NCBI GenBank assembly: GCA_965224085.1
Contig: CBDCYI010000005.1
Location: 1,408,001 to 1,472,000 of the forward strand
Direction of reading: 5' to 3'
Source: Candidatus Marinacidobacterales bacterium
Lineage (GTDB): Bacteria; Acidobacteriota; Vicinamibacteria; Marinacidobacterales; SMYC01
DNA: 64,000 nucleotides
Shown here: in pieces, positions 8,538-18,511 of the stretch
How positions within the stretch are numbered: position 1 is the first letter of the stretch
Layout: every line of letters begins with the position of its first letter
Made by a program: the position numbers and the translations under genes
Notes under the pieces: model-generated
The model's database searches: none
The model's input: only the letters and a program-made list of their open reading frames with translations
Told to the model about the DNA's origin: nothing

Positions 8538-10042
8538 GCCTCTCCGATGGCGATCTCAGTTTCCTCGGCTCGAGGCGCCGGTCGCGACTCATAAGGAAGC
8601 GTCACGGTAATCGTGGTCCCTTGCTTGGCCACGCTCGCGACTTCGATGCGGCCGCCGTGAAGCTCGATGACTTTGCGGGCGTTGGTGAGTCCTAGTCCGG
8701 TGCCCAGACTCTTGGTCGTAAAAAAGGCTTCGAAGATCGAGCCCATGTCGCTTTCTTCGATACCGGCGCCGTTATCTTCGATCGTCACCACCGCCACCGG
8801 ACCGTCATTGTTCTCCTGCAGCCTTGTGCGCACAAAAATGACGCCCCCTGTCGGTACCGCTTCCGTGGCATTCAAGAGGGTATTCAAGAAGGCGGATCGG
8901 AGCTGGTTCCCGTCCACATCTATGGGCGGGAGATTGTCGAATTCGGTGACGATCTCGATGTGCTTTTCCTCTACCGGTTCCTCGACGAAACGAAGCGCGT
9001 CTTCGAGTAGGTTCTCGAGGCGAAACTCTTCTTTGTAAAGCTGGGGCGCGCGCGCGTAGCTCAAGATGTCCTTGACGAGTTTTTCCACTTGTTGCACGCC
9101 GCTTTCAGCGATCCCAACCTGCTCGCGCTCGATCTCGTTGAGGGCGGGGTGCTTACCGATCTTCTGGATGTTGAGCTTGACCGCCGTCAGAGGATTCCGA
9201 ATCTCGTGCGCGAGCGCCGTCGCGAGGCGGCCGATGGTGGCGAGCTTCTCGGCTTCGCTGAGCTTCTGGGACGCTTCTTCGAGTTTCCCGCGGTCGTCGA
9301 GGATCTGGGCGGTCATCCGATTGAAGTTGGCCGCGAGCTCTCCGATCTCGTCCCCGGGCGGGATGTCGAGGCGATGCCGCAAGTCCCCGCGCGCCACGCG
9401 AATCGTGCCCTCGACGAGACTTTCGAGAGGCCGGCTGATGCGGTTCGCGAGGAACACCGAGCCGAGCGCACCAAAGGTAAGCCCGAGAAAGCCAAGGCTG
9501 ATGAGACCGATCCGCGTTCTCCGGATCTCGGCATTGACCTCCTCGAGGGATAAGCCGAGCTTGATGGCGCCCCAAAGTTCGCCTTCGACGAAGACAGGTG
9601 CGATGACCTCCAGCACTTCCACGATGCGGCCGTCCTTGGTGTCGAAACCGAACTCCCTCTTGACCACCTCGTCGCGCTCCAAACGGCCCATCTCGGCGCT
9701 CATCTCGAAGAGCTCTTCTGAGAAAATCTCCTTGGCTTCCTCGTTTGCGGCGAGGGTGCGCGCCTCACGATTGAAGATGATGGCAAAGACGACATCCTCG
9801 TCCTCCGCGGCGCGCTCGACGTTTTGTTGGAGTGCGACGAGGTCGTAATACATGATGCGGTTCTCCGAGAGGTCCGCCATCATTTGCGCGATCGAGGATG
9901 CATGCTCCCCGGCGCGATCTTTGAGCGCCGCGGTGCGCTCCATCTCAACGAAGAAGATGACGATGCTCATCAGCACGGTGATGAGCGCGGTCGAGCTGAG
10001 AATGAAGCGATCCCTGAGGCTGAGAGGAGCGATGCGCCACAT
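8534..10042 (-). CDS. Membrane HAMP sensor histidine kinase
   Basis: Two TM segments, HAMP (GDEIGELA..FNRM), H-box AHEIRNPL, N/G1/F/G2 boxes. Confidence 0.95.
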   Translation of the reverse strand: MWRIAPLSLRDRFILSSTALITVLMSIVIFFVEMERTAALKDRAGEHASSIAQMMADLSENRIMYYDLVALQQNVERAAEDEDVVFAIIFNREARTLAANEEAKEIFSEELFEMSAEMGRLERDEVVKREFGFDTKDGRIVEVLEVIAPVFVEGELWGAIKLGLSLEEVNAEIRRTRIGLISLGFLGLTFGALGSVFLANRISRPLESLVEGTIRVARGDLRHRLDIPPGDEIGELAANFNRMTAQILDDRGKLEEASQKLSEAEKLATIGRLATALAHEIRNPLTAVKLNIQKIGKHPALNEIEREQVGIAESGVQQVEKLVKDILSYARAPQLYKEEFRLENLLEDALRFVEEPVEEKHIEIVTEFDNLPPIDVDGNQLRSAFLNTLLNATEAVPTGGVIFVRTRLQENNDGPVAVVTIEDNGAGIEESDMGSIFEAFFTTKSLGTGLGLTNARKVIELHGGRIEVASVAKQGTTITVTLPYESRPAPRAEETEIAIGEA

Positions 10043-10046
10043 CCGC

Positions 10047-11810
10047 CTAGAGCTCGACTTCGGTCTCGCGCCCCTCCTTCGCCAGCCAGATGTCCTTCAT
10101 CTGGATGTAAGGCGTTCCCAGCGGAGTGAGCTTGAAACCGCGCACGTTGGGCCGCAGCAGAAATCGCAGCCGGCCGTAATCGGTGGGGATGATGGGTGAA
10201 TCGAGAAGAACAATCTCCTCGATCTTATGATAGAGTTCGTTCCTTTTTGTGTAGCTCGTCTCTGACCACACTTGATCGAGCAGCTTGTCGACCTGGCGGT
10301 TCTTGTAGCCGAACGTGTTCATGGGGCCTTGCGAGTGGAATAGCGGCCTCAAAAAGTTGTCCGGATCAGGAAAGTCTGCGAACCAGACGCTGTAGCGAAG
10401 GATAGCTTGATCACGAAAACGCGGCGCTTCAAAGTCGACGAGACCGTCCCTCTCGACGAGATTGACTTCCACCCCGACTTCCTTCAAGCAGGAGACGAGA
10501 CAGCTGTCACGAGCGAGAGAGCCGGGATCGGACGAGTACATGTTCTTCGGCAACACGGGAAGCAGGAGTGGCGGGAGGCCTTCTCCTCCGGGATAACCCG
10601 CTTCTGCCATGAGCTCGCGTGCTTTGACCAAGTCCCGGTCGTAGTGCGATTCTTTGGGGATGAAACCGGGAATACCCGGGGGGACGACGCTGCTGGCCGC
10701 GGTCGAACCGGCGGTCACTTTATGGGCGTCGAGAAAGCTTCTTTTGTCGAGTGCGTAATTTATCGCGAGGCGTACCTTGGGGTTGTCAAAGGGCGGCACG
10801 TGGTTCGGGAGATAAAGGTAGCGCAGAGCCAAGAAACGTTCCGCCTCGACGGCGATCCAGTCGGCATAGCTCACGACCCAGTTGGTCTCCAGACAATCGG
10901 CCACTTGGATGAAGGGTCGCGAAACACCTCCGTAGTCGCGCGCGTTCGAGATGGCGCGGAAAACCACCGCGTCTAAATGGGGACGCCCTTCGAAATATTG
11001 CAGGTTCGCTTCGAGCCTAATGCCTTGATAGATACCATTCAGCATCGGAATGCCCGCATCCTCGGAAGGCTCGATCCAGCGCGAGAACTGGAACGCGCCG
11101 GTGCCGATCGGAGCCTTGAAGAAGCCGTCGCCCCGATCGAGAAGCTCCTCCTTGGGGAGGATCTTGGACGAGTACATGCTGAGCACGGAGAGCGCCGGAA
11201 CGAAAGGCGTGACGAAGGTGATGCGGAACTCGCTGTCGCCGAGCGCTTCGAGTCCTTTGACGTGGCGGGCGCGCCCCGCGCGAAAATCCTCGGCGCCTTC
11301 GATACGGCTGAAGTAACTGTAGTTGTGGTCGTTCAGCCCGCGTATCAAAAGTCGCTCGAAACTGAAAACACAATCCTCGGCCGTCACCTTGCGTCCGTTG
11401 TGGAAGCGGGCATCCTCGCGCAGCTCGAACGTGTAGGTCTTGCCATCGGGAGAGATTTCCCAGAACTTGGCGAGTGCGGGAACGACATTCAGGTGCTCGT
11501 CGAAAGCCGTCAGGCCGTCATAAAGCTGCTGAACGAGCATGACATCCGTGCTGAAGATCGCCTTTGCGGGGTCCAGCATCCGCATGTTTTCCAGGAGCGG
11601 ATAGCGAAAAACGCCGCCCTGTACGGGATCTTCGACTAGGTTTTCGGCGCCGCGGATGTTTGCTCTGAGCGTCTCCTTCTTGATGAGGCGCCCGGCGAAA
11701 GCCGTCACCACAAAAAGGCACAAAAGGCCTCCGGGAATGAGCCATGCGCTCTTGCGGCCCATGGCTCCCGATCGGGACAGCGGCTCCTCAGGATCGGATG
11801 CTTGTTTCAT
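10047..11810 (-). CDS. Family 5 (oligopeptide/nickel-type) solute-binding protein
   Basis: LYDGL, PALAKFWEIS.DGKTYTFELR..A.FHNG, PIGTG.F, W.ADFPDPDNFL motifs; start uncertain. Confidence 0.9.
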   Translation of the reverse strand: MKQASDPEEPLSRSGAMGRKSAWLIPGGLLCLFVVTAFAGRLIKKETLRANIRGAENLVEDPVQGGVFRYPLLENMRMLDPAKAIFSTDVMLVQQLYDGLTAFDEHLNVVPALAKFWEISPDGKTYTFELREDARFHNGRKVTAEDCVFSFERLLIRGLNDHNYSYFSRIEGAEDFRAGRARHVKGLEALGDSEFRITFVTPFVPALSVLSMYSSKILPKEELLDRGDGFFKAPIGTGAFQFSRWIEPSEDAGIPMLNGIYQGIRLEANLQYFEGRPHLDAVVFRAISNARDYGGVSRPFIQVADCLETNWVVSYADWIAVEAERFLALRYLYLPNHVPPFDNPKVRLAINYALDKRSFLDAHKVTAGSTAASSVVPPGIPGFIPKESHYDRDLVKARELMAEAGYPGGEGLPPLLLPVLPKNMYSSDPGSLARDSCLVSCLKEVGVEVNLVERDGLVDFEAPRFRDQAILRYSVWFADFPDPDNFLRPLFHSQGPMNTFGYKNRQVDKLLDQVWSETSYTKRNELYHKIEEIVLLDSPIIPTDYGRLRFLLRPNVRGFKLTPLGTPYIQMKDIWLAKEGRETEVEL

Positions 11811-11906
11811 AGCGACGTTTCTGACGGCGACCAAGGAGCGTCCGTGGTCGAGTCCCAGCCCTAGATTAGTTTACGGCCGCCGGCCGCGCAACCCGAGATA
11901 AGCCTC

Positions 11907-12818
11907 TCAGAATGAGAGCTTTCCCTCGGCGATCTCGACCGCCTTACCCCCGACGCGGACCTCGAAAGGCCCCTTCTCGCCGCTATCCACGTCGACGTAG
12001 ATAGCACTCGGACGGCCCATTTCGTAACCTTGCTCCACAACAATATGCGCCGTCGGCTCCGCTGTCACGAGCCCTCGGTGGACGAGGTAGGCCCCGAGTG
12101 CGCCCGAGGCGCTCCCGGTCGCCGGGTCCTCCACGACGCCGACGGTCGGGGCGAACATGCGGGCATGCACGGTACTTTCGGGGTGAATGCATTCGCGCGT
12201 GAAGATCATGAAAGAATCGGTCTGGGTCTCCGCAAGAACTTTCCTCATCGCGACGAGGTCGAGCTCGATCTTGTCCAGGTGCCGGAGCGAGCGCGCCGGG
12301 ACCATCAGCTGCGGAACCGCGGTGGAGACGACTTGTGCGGGCAGGTTGTCGGGGAGGAGTTGATCCTCGGAAAGTCCAACCGCGTCTGCGAGAAGTTTGC
12401 GGTCGGTATATTCGTCGAAGAAGCGCGGCGGGGATTGCGTCATCGTGACTTGATCCACGTGGCCATTCTTGACGACGATATTCACCGGAAGCACGCCTGC
12501 TTGACACTCTTGAAAGATACGGTTCGAGCCTTCCTTCACCTCGAGGATCCCGTGCTTGGCGAGCACGAAACACGTCCCCACAACGGGATGGCCCGCTAGC
12601 GGCAGCTCGGATGTCGGGGTAAAGATGCGCAAGCGGAACTGTGCCTTCAAATCCGTCGCCGGAAGAACAAAGGTCGTCTCCGAGAGGTTCATCTCTTTCG
12701 CGATGGATTGCATGTCCTCGGAGCTGAGCCCCTCGGCATCGGGGAAAATGGCGAGTGGATTTCCGGTAAAAGGACGATCCGTGAAGACGTCGGTCTGGAA
12801 GAAGTGATACTCCCTCAT
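11907..12818 (-). CDS. PhzF family isomerase/epimerase
   Basis: DVFT..PF.GNPLA, MNLSETTF, ELPLAGHP, EDPATGSA, EQG.EMGRPS. Confidence 0.94.
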   Translation of the reverse strand: MREYHFFQTDVFTDRPFTGNPLAIFPDAEGLSSEDMQSIAKEMNLSETTFVLPATDLKAQFRLRIFTPTSELPLAGHPVVGTCFVLAKHGILEVKEGSNRIFQECQAGVLPVNIVVKNGHVDQVTMTQSPPRFFDEYTDRKLLADAVGLSEDQLLPDNLPAQVVSTAVPQLMVPARSLRHLDKIELDLVAMRKVLAETQTDSFMIFTRECIHPESTVHARMFAPTVGVVEDPATGSASGALGAYLVHRGLVTAEPTAHIVVEQGYEMGRPSAIYVDVDSGEKGPFEVRVGGKAVEIAEGKLSF

Positions 12819-12890
12819 AGACAGGAAATACTACCCCAAAAGGATGCAAACCTGCTGTGAGTGTCTTGCTTCCCTGCTACGACGCATGCT

Positions 12891-14859
12891 CTAGGGCACC
12901 ACGCGCTCGAAGCGCAGTTTGTCGACCGCGAGAAATGGGTCACCTTCGGTCGGGATCCCCGGCACGAGCTCGAGCAAATTGATGCGTCGCCAATAGCCGG
13001 CATCCGCCATCAGCATATATTCTTCCATCGTCGAGCGCGGAAAGAGGCCACCAACCCGCGCACCGTTCAGCCAGACCTCGACGGGTGCCGGCTCGACCCC
13101 GGGCGGCGCCGCACACTCGATGTACACGCGCAGCGACTCGGATCGATCCGTCGGAACGAAAATCCCCGCTCGCGGCCCCTCGGCATGTCGAACGTCGCGC
13201 TTGAGCTCCTCCCAATCCTTGAGACCACTCCACCCGTTTCCGATGAACGCGGGATCGCTCGGGCCGAGATCGATGACCCCACCCATGTTGAGCATGCTGT
13301 GAAAGAGATATTTGCCGACGAGGATGTCGTATTGCGTCTTCGGTCGATCGTAACGAACGGCGAAGAGCCAGTTCATGGGAAACGAGAATGGATAGCCGAT
13401 GCCGTCGAAGATGTCTTCGAGCCCAGCCTCCGCCGCCGCCTGCCATGAGATCGTGCCGTCCGGCGGGAGGCGTCCCTTGCGATACTGCTCCATGAGCAAA
13501 CCGTTACTGGCGACGACCATCACTAACAAGGCGGCGACGACCGCACGCGGGTACCGCCCAACTCGATCGATCGCAAAGGCCAAGCTCGTCGCGAGCCCGA
13601 GCGCAAAAACCGGAAGCACGGAATCGAAACGTCGGGCTCCGAACGAGCCCCCCGCCCACCAGTCGGAAACCGAGCTGTTCACGTAAGTAAGAAGAAGCAG
13701 CAAGCCTATGAGCGGCAAACCCGTGCGCGGGTTTTGACGCGCGAAACCGGGGAGCCCGAAAACGGCGAGCAGCAGAATGGGACTCCAAGCAAAAAGGCCG
13801 TGCCGCGACGAGAATAGCGTCTCGGTAAAAAACGGATCCTCCCAGCGCATATAGTCGGCGCCCAAAGGGACACCGATATAGAAGCGGTCGAAAATGATCT
13901 TCCAGCTCAGGAATTGCGGCGCGAGCGCCGCGAAAGCCGCCGCACCGAGAACGATGACGGGCAGCCATTTCTTGCGGACGAGCTGAGCGAGGAGGCTCGG
14001 CACAAGCAAGATTCCGAAAACCCCGTTTTGCCACCGTACGCACGCGGCTGCGCCGAGCACGAGGCCGATGACTACATAGTCCCGCAAGCTTTTCGGGTCA
14101 TCGATCCAGAGCTTCAAAAAGAGGGCGACGAGAAGAAAAGTCAACGCATGCGTATAAATGGAATGGTAAGTGAGATACCAGCCGAGAAAACTTCCGACCC
14201 CGATCCCGACCGTCGTCAGATAAGCCACTCCTGGCTCGAACCAATAGCGCACGAAGCGATCGAGCACGAGAAGCCCAAGCCATCCCAAAAAGAGGTTTCC
14301 GAGCGCGACTGTATGTAGATAAGGATCGCTTATTCCATCATAGGCGGTTCTAATCCCGTGAACGTTCGACCACCACGCGCTCACATGGCCGAGCCAAAGC
14401 AACGGTACCCAAGATAGCGGGGCTCCGACGGGAAAGGTAAAGCGCGCACGCCCGGTCTCTCGCACCGATTGCGAGCCTCTCCCGTGATCGATGCCGAGCC
14501 TTTGATACTGGTTGAGAAGATCGATGTCCCCATCGAAAGCGACGGAATGCGCGTAGGAGTAATACCAAAGTCCGTCGCCGCGCAGACGAAAGCCGCGAAA
14601 ATGAAAGAAGCGGAAGGAGGAGGAGGAGCAGACCCACGTAGGCGTAGAACCGTTCGTTCCGGCGAAATCCCTCGAAGGCGACGAGTCCGAGCGCTACGAG
14701 CATGCAGGCCGCGAAACCGATGGGGGTCACAGGACCAATGAGAGATACACCGCCGGTCATCACGACCACGGCTAGATCGAAAAGAGCGAGATACGAGGCT
14801 CCGCGAAGGATCCATTGAGCTTTGGCACTCACAATGTTTTTGTCGCGCGTCGGTGTCAT
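12891..14859 (-). CDS. Polytopic GT-C-like (GT39-type) glycosyltransferase, frameshifted near 14590
   Basis: Joining frames gives TM segments, then DGLWYYSYAHSVAFDGDIDL.NQY, LFSSRHGLF.WSP and WWAGGSFGARRF; start approximate. Confidence 0.7.
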
Positions 14860-14972
14860 CTTGCTAGCGGTTTGCTTACATAGTAGTATCTGAAGTGCTG
14901 CATGAGCTTCCGCACACTCTACGAAGTCGTGCTCACGCGATACCACTGAGACAAAGATCGTGTCCATCGCGA

Positions 14973-15848
14973 TCACACGACGACTTCTAGCTCGCCCGGC
15001 AGCACGTCGATCCGCACCGGGGTTTCTTGAAGGAGTTCGCCGTCCGCGAAAAACTCTGCGGGCTCCTGTGTCTCGATCTCGACGAACTTCGTTTTACGGT
15101 ACTCGACGCTCCAGTGCCCGAGATGAGAACCCGAGAACACGGTCGGGAACATGAAGAGAAGCCCCGCTCTCGAGATGTCCCGCACGAGGCACAAATCCAG
15201 AAGCCCGTCCTCTAGCTTCGCTTCCGGCGTGATGTGCATCCCGCCGCCATAGCGCCGGCCATTGCCGATGGCCGCGAAGGTCACGGGACCTTCGTAGACG
15301 CCGCCGTCATAGCGCACCCGAGCTTCGAGATGGCGAAAGTCGAGGAGCGTGCGGAAAACGGCGTAGCCATAGACCAATCTACCTGATAGAAGCGGCGTGT
15401 TCTGGGCGTGGCGCGCGGCTTGGGCGTCGAAGCCAGTGCCGCCGACGCCAAGAAAAACGCCGGCTTCTGTTTTTCCGAGGTCGACGAAACGCCGCTTGTC
15501 TCGAGTAAGTGCGTCGAGCGTGTGCTCCATCGCGTGGATGCCGAGCTCCGCGGCAAAATCGTTACCGCGCCCCGCCGGCAGGATCGCGAGAGCTGGCCGT
15601 TGTGGTTTCGGCGTCTGAACGAGCCCGTTGACGACGACGCTCAAAGTCCCGTCTCCTCCTGCAGCGAGGAGCACGTCGTGCCGCGCGCGCCTTGCACCAG
15701 CGGCGGTAGCTCGCGCGTCGTCAGAGCTCGCCGGCGACGCCAACTCGACGGCAGCGCCACCCGACTCCAGGCGGGTCACGAGCTTGTCGACTTGCGAGCG
15801 ACGGCCGGACGTTCCGGAGCGGGGATTACGAATGACGAGCACGCGCAT
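14973..15848 (-). CDS. Diacylglycerol-kinase family lipid kinase (YegS/BmrU-like)
   Basis: NPRSG, AGGDGT, LPAGRGNDFA, GFDA, YGGG, DGE motifs. Confidence 0.93.
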   Translation of the reverse strand: MRVLVIRNPRSGTSGRRSQVDKLVTRLESGGAAVELASPASSDDARATAAGARRARHDVLLAAGGDGTLSVVVNGLVQTPKPQRPALAILPAGRGNDFAAELGIHAMEHTLDALTRDKRRFVDLGKTEAGVFLGVGGTGFDAQAARHAQNTPLLSGRLVYGYAVFRTLLDFRHLEARVRYDGGVYEGPVTFAAIGNGRRYGGGMHITPEAKLEDGLLDLCLVRDISRAGLLFMFPTVFSGSHLGHWSVEYRKTKFVEIETQEPAEFFADGELLQETPVRIDVLPGELEVVV

Positions 15849-15938
15849 GCGCAGAGTGTATCCCGGCACTCTGAAGAAAGGTCGCACTCAGCGGCCCTCA
15901 GCGGAGAGCCGCTTTCTGCTATCCTTTCGCTCATCCGA

Positions 15939-17627
15939 ATGCGGACGGTCTCCCATCGAGCTCTCGCTCTCGTCGCCTACCTCTGGCTTTGCTTCAGCTG
16001 GTTCGATCACGACTTCGATTTCTTTCTGGCCGCGACGCCTGCGTGGATCCCCGCGCTGATCCTGCTTCTGGTCACCGTCGCGACGTGGCGGCCGCGCTTC
16101 GACAGCGATGACCGCGTAGCACTCGGCTTCGCGGCGCTTGCGCTCGTTTTGCGTCTTCCTTTTCTCTGGGGCGCTTATGGCCTGTTCAGCTCCGACGCTT
16201 CGGCACAGGGGTTGATGGCGCTCCACATTCTCGAAGGCGAGCACCATCCCATCTTTCTCTACAACTGGTCCTATGTCGGTAGTCTCAAAGCACACTTGAC
16301 GGCGCTCATCGCCGCTGCCTTCGGCGAGCCGGTCGTGAGCTTCGCCGCCGCGGCCGCCCTCATCTACGCGCTCTTTAGCGCAGCGATCTATCGTCTCGCG
16401 CGAACGGTGGTCCCACGCGCCGAGGCGAGCATTGCGGCGATCTACGTCATCGCCGCCCCCGGCTTTCTCACGGCGTGGGGGATGGGAAACGAAGGGAACT
16501 ATGTTGATGTGATGTTTCTCGGGACCATGATGCTTGCCATTGCAGCTCGGTGGATGCGAGGCGACGCGGCGGGCTTCTACGAGGCTTTTTGGATCGGTGT
16601 GCTCGGGGGGCTCGCCTTTTGGACGCACATCCTTGCCACCTACTACCTCTTGACGGTAATCGGGGTCCTGGCACTCCATCGATTCAGGCAATTCAGGCGA
16701 TTTAGGCGCTTTGGGCGGGACGGATTGGTGCGACTCGCGAGCTTCGCGGGCGGCTTCATCGTCGGGGACTTCCCGGGCATTCTATGGAACGCGAAGCACG
16801 AGTGGCTCAGCTTTCGCTGGTGGAGCCTCGACGCCGAGACGGTCGAAGCCGTCGACCGCTTGGGCCGGACGCTGACGCAGCTCGAGCAAGTCGCGGCGAC
16901 GTCTCTCTCCGTGCTGTCCGGCTACGGGCCTCGCGAAGCGCTTCCCTGGCCCGCGCCGTTTTGGCACGTCGCGCTGGGACTTCTCATCCCAGCGGTCTTT
17001 CTGTTCTTCGCCTGGCAGCACCGGCGCGCGCTGACGTCGATCTCACCCGAAAGCATGCTTGTCGGCTTCCCCGTCCTCGTGGTGCTGGTATTCGCGCAAA
17101 GTAGCTTCGGGTGGATGACAGACGAGCCTCGCTACCTCTTGTTCTTGTTCTCCGTCGTCCCGATCTTCCTGGGCTCCGCGGCCATAGCACTTTGGAATCG
17201 ATCGCGCCTGCTCGCGGGCGCAGCCCTTCTGTCTCTGCTATTCGTGAACGTTCGCGGCGATGTCGCGTATCTTCAGGTCGCGCTCGAAAGCGACGGTGTC
17301 AACCGGGAGTTCATAGGAGAGCTCGAAAAGCTCGGCATCCGCTATGTGCGCTCCGACTATCATCTTTCCTACAAATATGTGTTCTTGAGCCACGGCCGGA
17401 TGGTTTGGACCTCCGAGCTGGGCCCGGCGCAGACAGAGTGGTACTTTCCTTTCCGCGATCAAGTGGCGAAGGCCGAAGATGTTGCGATCGTGCCGCGAAG
17501 CTTTCGATTCGCGCGCCGAATCCGCCGCCGGCTCGACGCGAAGGGCATCCACTACCGGCAAGCGAGCTTGCTCTATCCCGTCCTTTACGATTTCAGTGAG
17601 CCCGTTCGTCTCTCATCTCTGCGTTAG
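15939..17627 (+). CDS. Polytopic membrane protein, GT-C glycosyltransferase-like
   Basis: SDASAQGLMALHI..G.HPIFLY...Y.GSL loop followed by about 11 TM segments and a PRY motif. Confidence 0.75.
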   Translation: MRTVSHRALALVAYLWLCFSWFDHDFDFFLAATPAWIPALILLLVTVATWRPRFDSDDRVALGFAALALVLRLPFLWGAYGLFSSDASAQGLMALHILEGEHHPIFLYNWSYVGSLKAHLTALIAAAFGEPVVSFAAAAALIYALFSAAIYRLARTVVPRAEASIAAIYVIAAPGFLTAWGMGNEGNYVDVMFLGTMMLAIAARWMRGDAAGFYEAFWIGVLGGLAFWTHILATYYLLTVIGVLALHRFRQFRRFRRFGRDGLVRLASFAGGFIVGDFPGILWNAKHEWLSFRWWSLDAETVEAVDRLGRTLTQLEQVAATSLSVLSGYGPREALPWPAPFWHVALGLLIPAVFLFFAWQHRRALTSISPESMLVGFPVLVVLVFAQSSFGWMTDEPRYLLFLFSVVPIFLGSAAIALWNRSRLLAGAALLSLLFVNVRGDVAYLQVALESDGVNREFIGELEKLGIRYVRSDYHLSYKYVFLSHGRMVWTSELGPAQTEWYFPFRDQVAKAEDVAIVPRSFRFARRIRRRLDAKGIHYRQASLLYPVLYDFSEPVRLSSLR

Positions 17628-17760
17628 CAGCTGATGGACCTCCCGCTGAATGCTATGTCTGCGACGAGCCGCACGAGTGGAATCCGATGGTCTATTCATC
17701 GTTCGTCTCATCCAGAATCCGTACTCGACTCCGGAGTTGGAAAGAGTCTTTAGAAGGCTT

Positions 17761-17958
17761 TCAACCGCGGGCGCGTCTGGCATCGTGGCCGGCTCGGCGC
17801 AGCTCTTTCGCCGCGCGTTCGAGGTTCGCGAGAGCACGAAGGCGCTCTTCGACGGAGAGCTTCAAGTTCTCGCGAAGTATCGTCCGATCCACATCCTTCG
17901 TGTAGGCCTCGATCACAGGACCGCGTTCGATGGGGAAGCAAGCTTTTTTCTCCGTCAT
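17761..17958 (-). CDS. Small hypothetical protein (putative partner of a nucleotidyltransferase)
   Basis: PVIEAY.KDVDRTILRENLKLSVEERL pattern; overlaps a short remnant ...ESLLKTLSNSGVEY. Confidence 0.6.
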   Translation of the reverse strand: MTEKKACFPIERGPVIEAYTKDVDRTILRENLKLSVEERLRALANLERAAKELRRAGHDARRARG

Positions 17959-18054
17959 GAGCTCATTCCAGAGCTCACACGAGGCTTCTGGCTAGCAGAA
18001 TAGAGGACGGGCATCGTTTCTCTCCCGCGCCGGCGGGCTGGGCGAAGGTTCACT

Positions 18055-18489
18055 TTACCCAGACCCTTTGGATTGCGTCGCCCGGCCTTTGAGCGTGCTC
18101 TTTATGTCGGAGAGCGCGTAGAGCCGGCCTTCATCGACCCCGCCACAGAACGTGCGTAGCTCCTTCCAGGCTTCGGGGCTTTCGAGGTTCTCCGACCAGA
18201 ACGGGAACGTGCGGCACTGGCGCGGCCGCGCCGGGTAGACGGTACAGCCGTCCTGCCAAAAGATACAGTCGCCGTTCGGCTTCAGCCGCAGCACGGTGTC
18301 ATTATCCTCGTCTTGGGTCAGATAGCGCTCTTTGAAAGCTCGCGGGCCGAGCTCGACAAGGCGCTCGAGACGCTCGATTTGGGCCGGGCTCACATAGACC
18401 CAACCCGGCTGGGCCGAACGGCAACAGTTGTTGCACTGGTGGCAGGAAAAGCGCAATCCGTCCGAGTACCAAAGCGATTCGCGGGGCAT
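18055..18489 (-). CDS. YkgJ/UPF0153 cysteine-cluster protein
   Basis: CHQCNNCC, CIFW..GCTVY.ARP.QCRTFPFW. Confidence 0.9.
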   Translation of the reverse strand: MPRESLWYSDGLRFSCHQCNNCCRSAQPGWVYVSPAQIERLERLVELGPRAFKERYLTQDEDNDTVLRLKPNGDCIFWQDGCTVYPARPRQCRTFPFWSENLESPEAWKELRTFCGGVDEGRLYALSDIKSTLKGRATQSKGSG

Positions 18490-18511
18490 GTGTGACTATA
18501 ATAGCCGGTTC

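Noticed and set aside
11907-12818. Phenazine biosynthesis cluster
   Set aside because: A lone PhzF-family gene with no phzA/B/D/E/G.
15408-15938. N-terminal extensions given by the ORF track (also 620..1966, 20491, 44994, 46583, 60323)
   Set aside because: They overlap confident neighbouring genes; downstream starts fit the family N-termini and -10 spacing.
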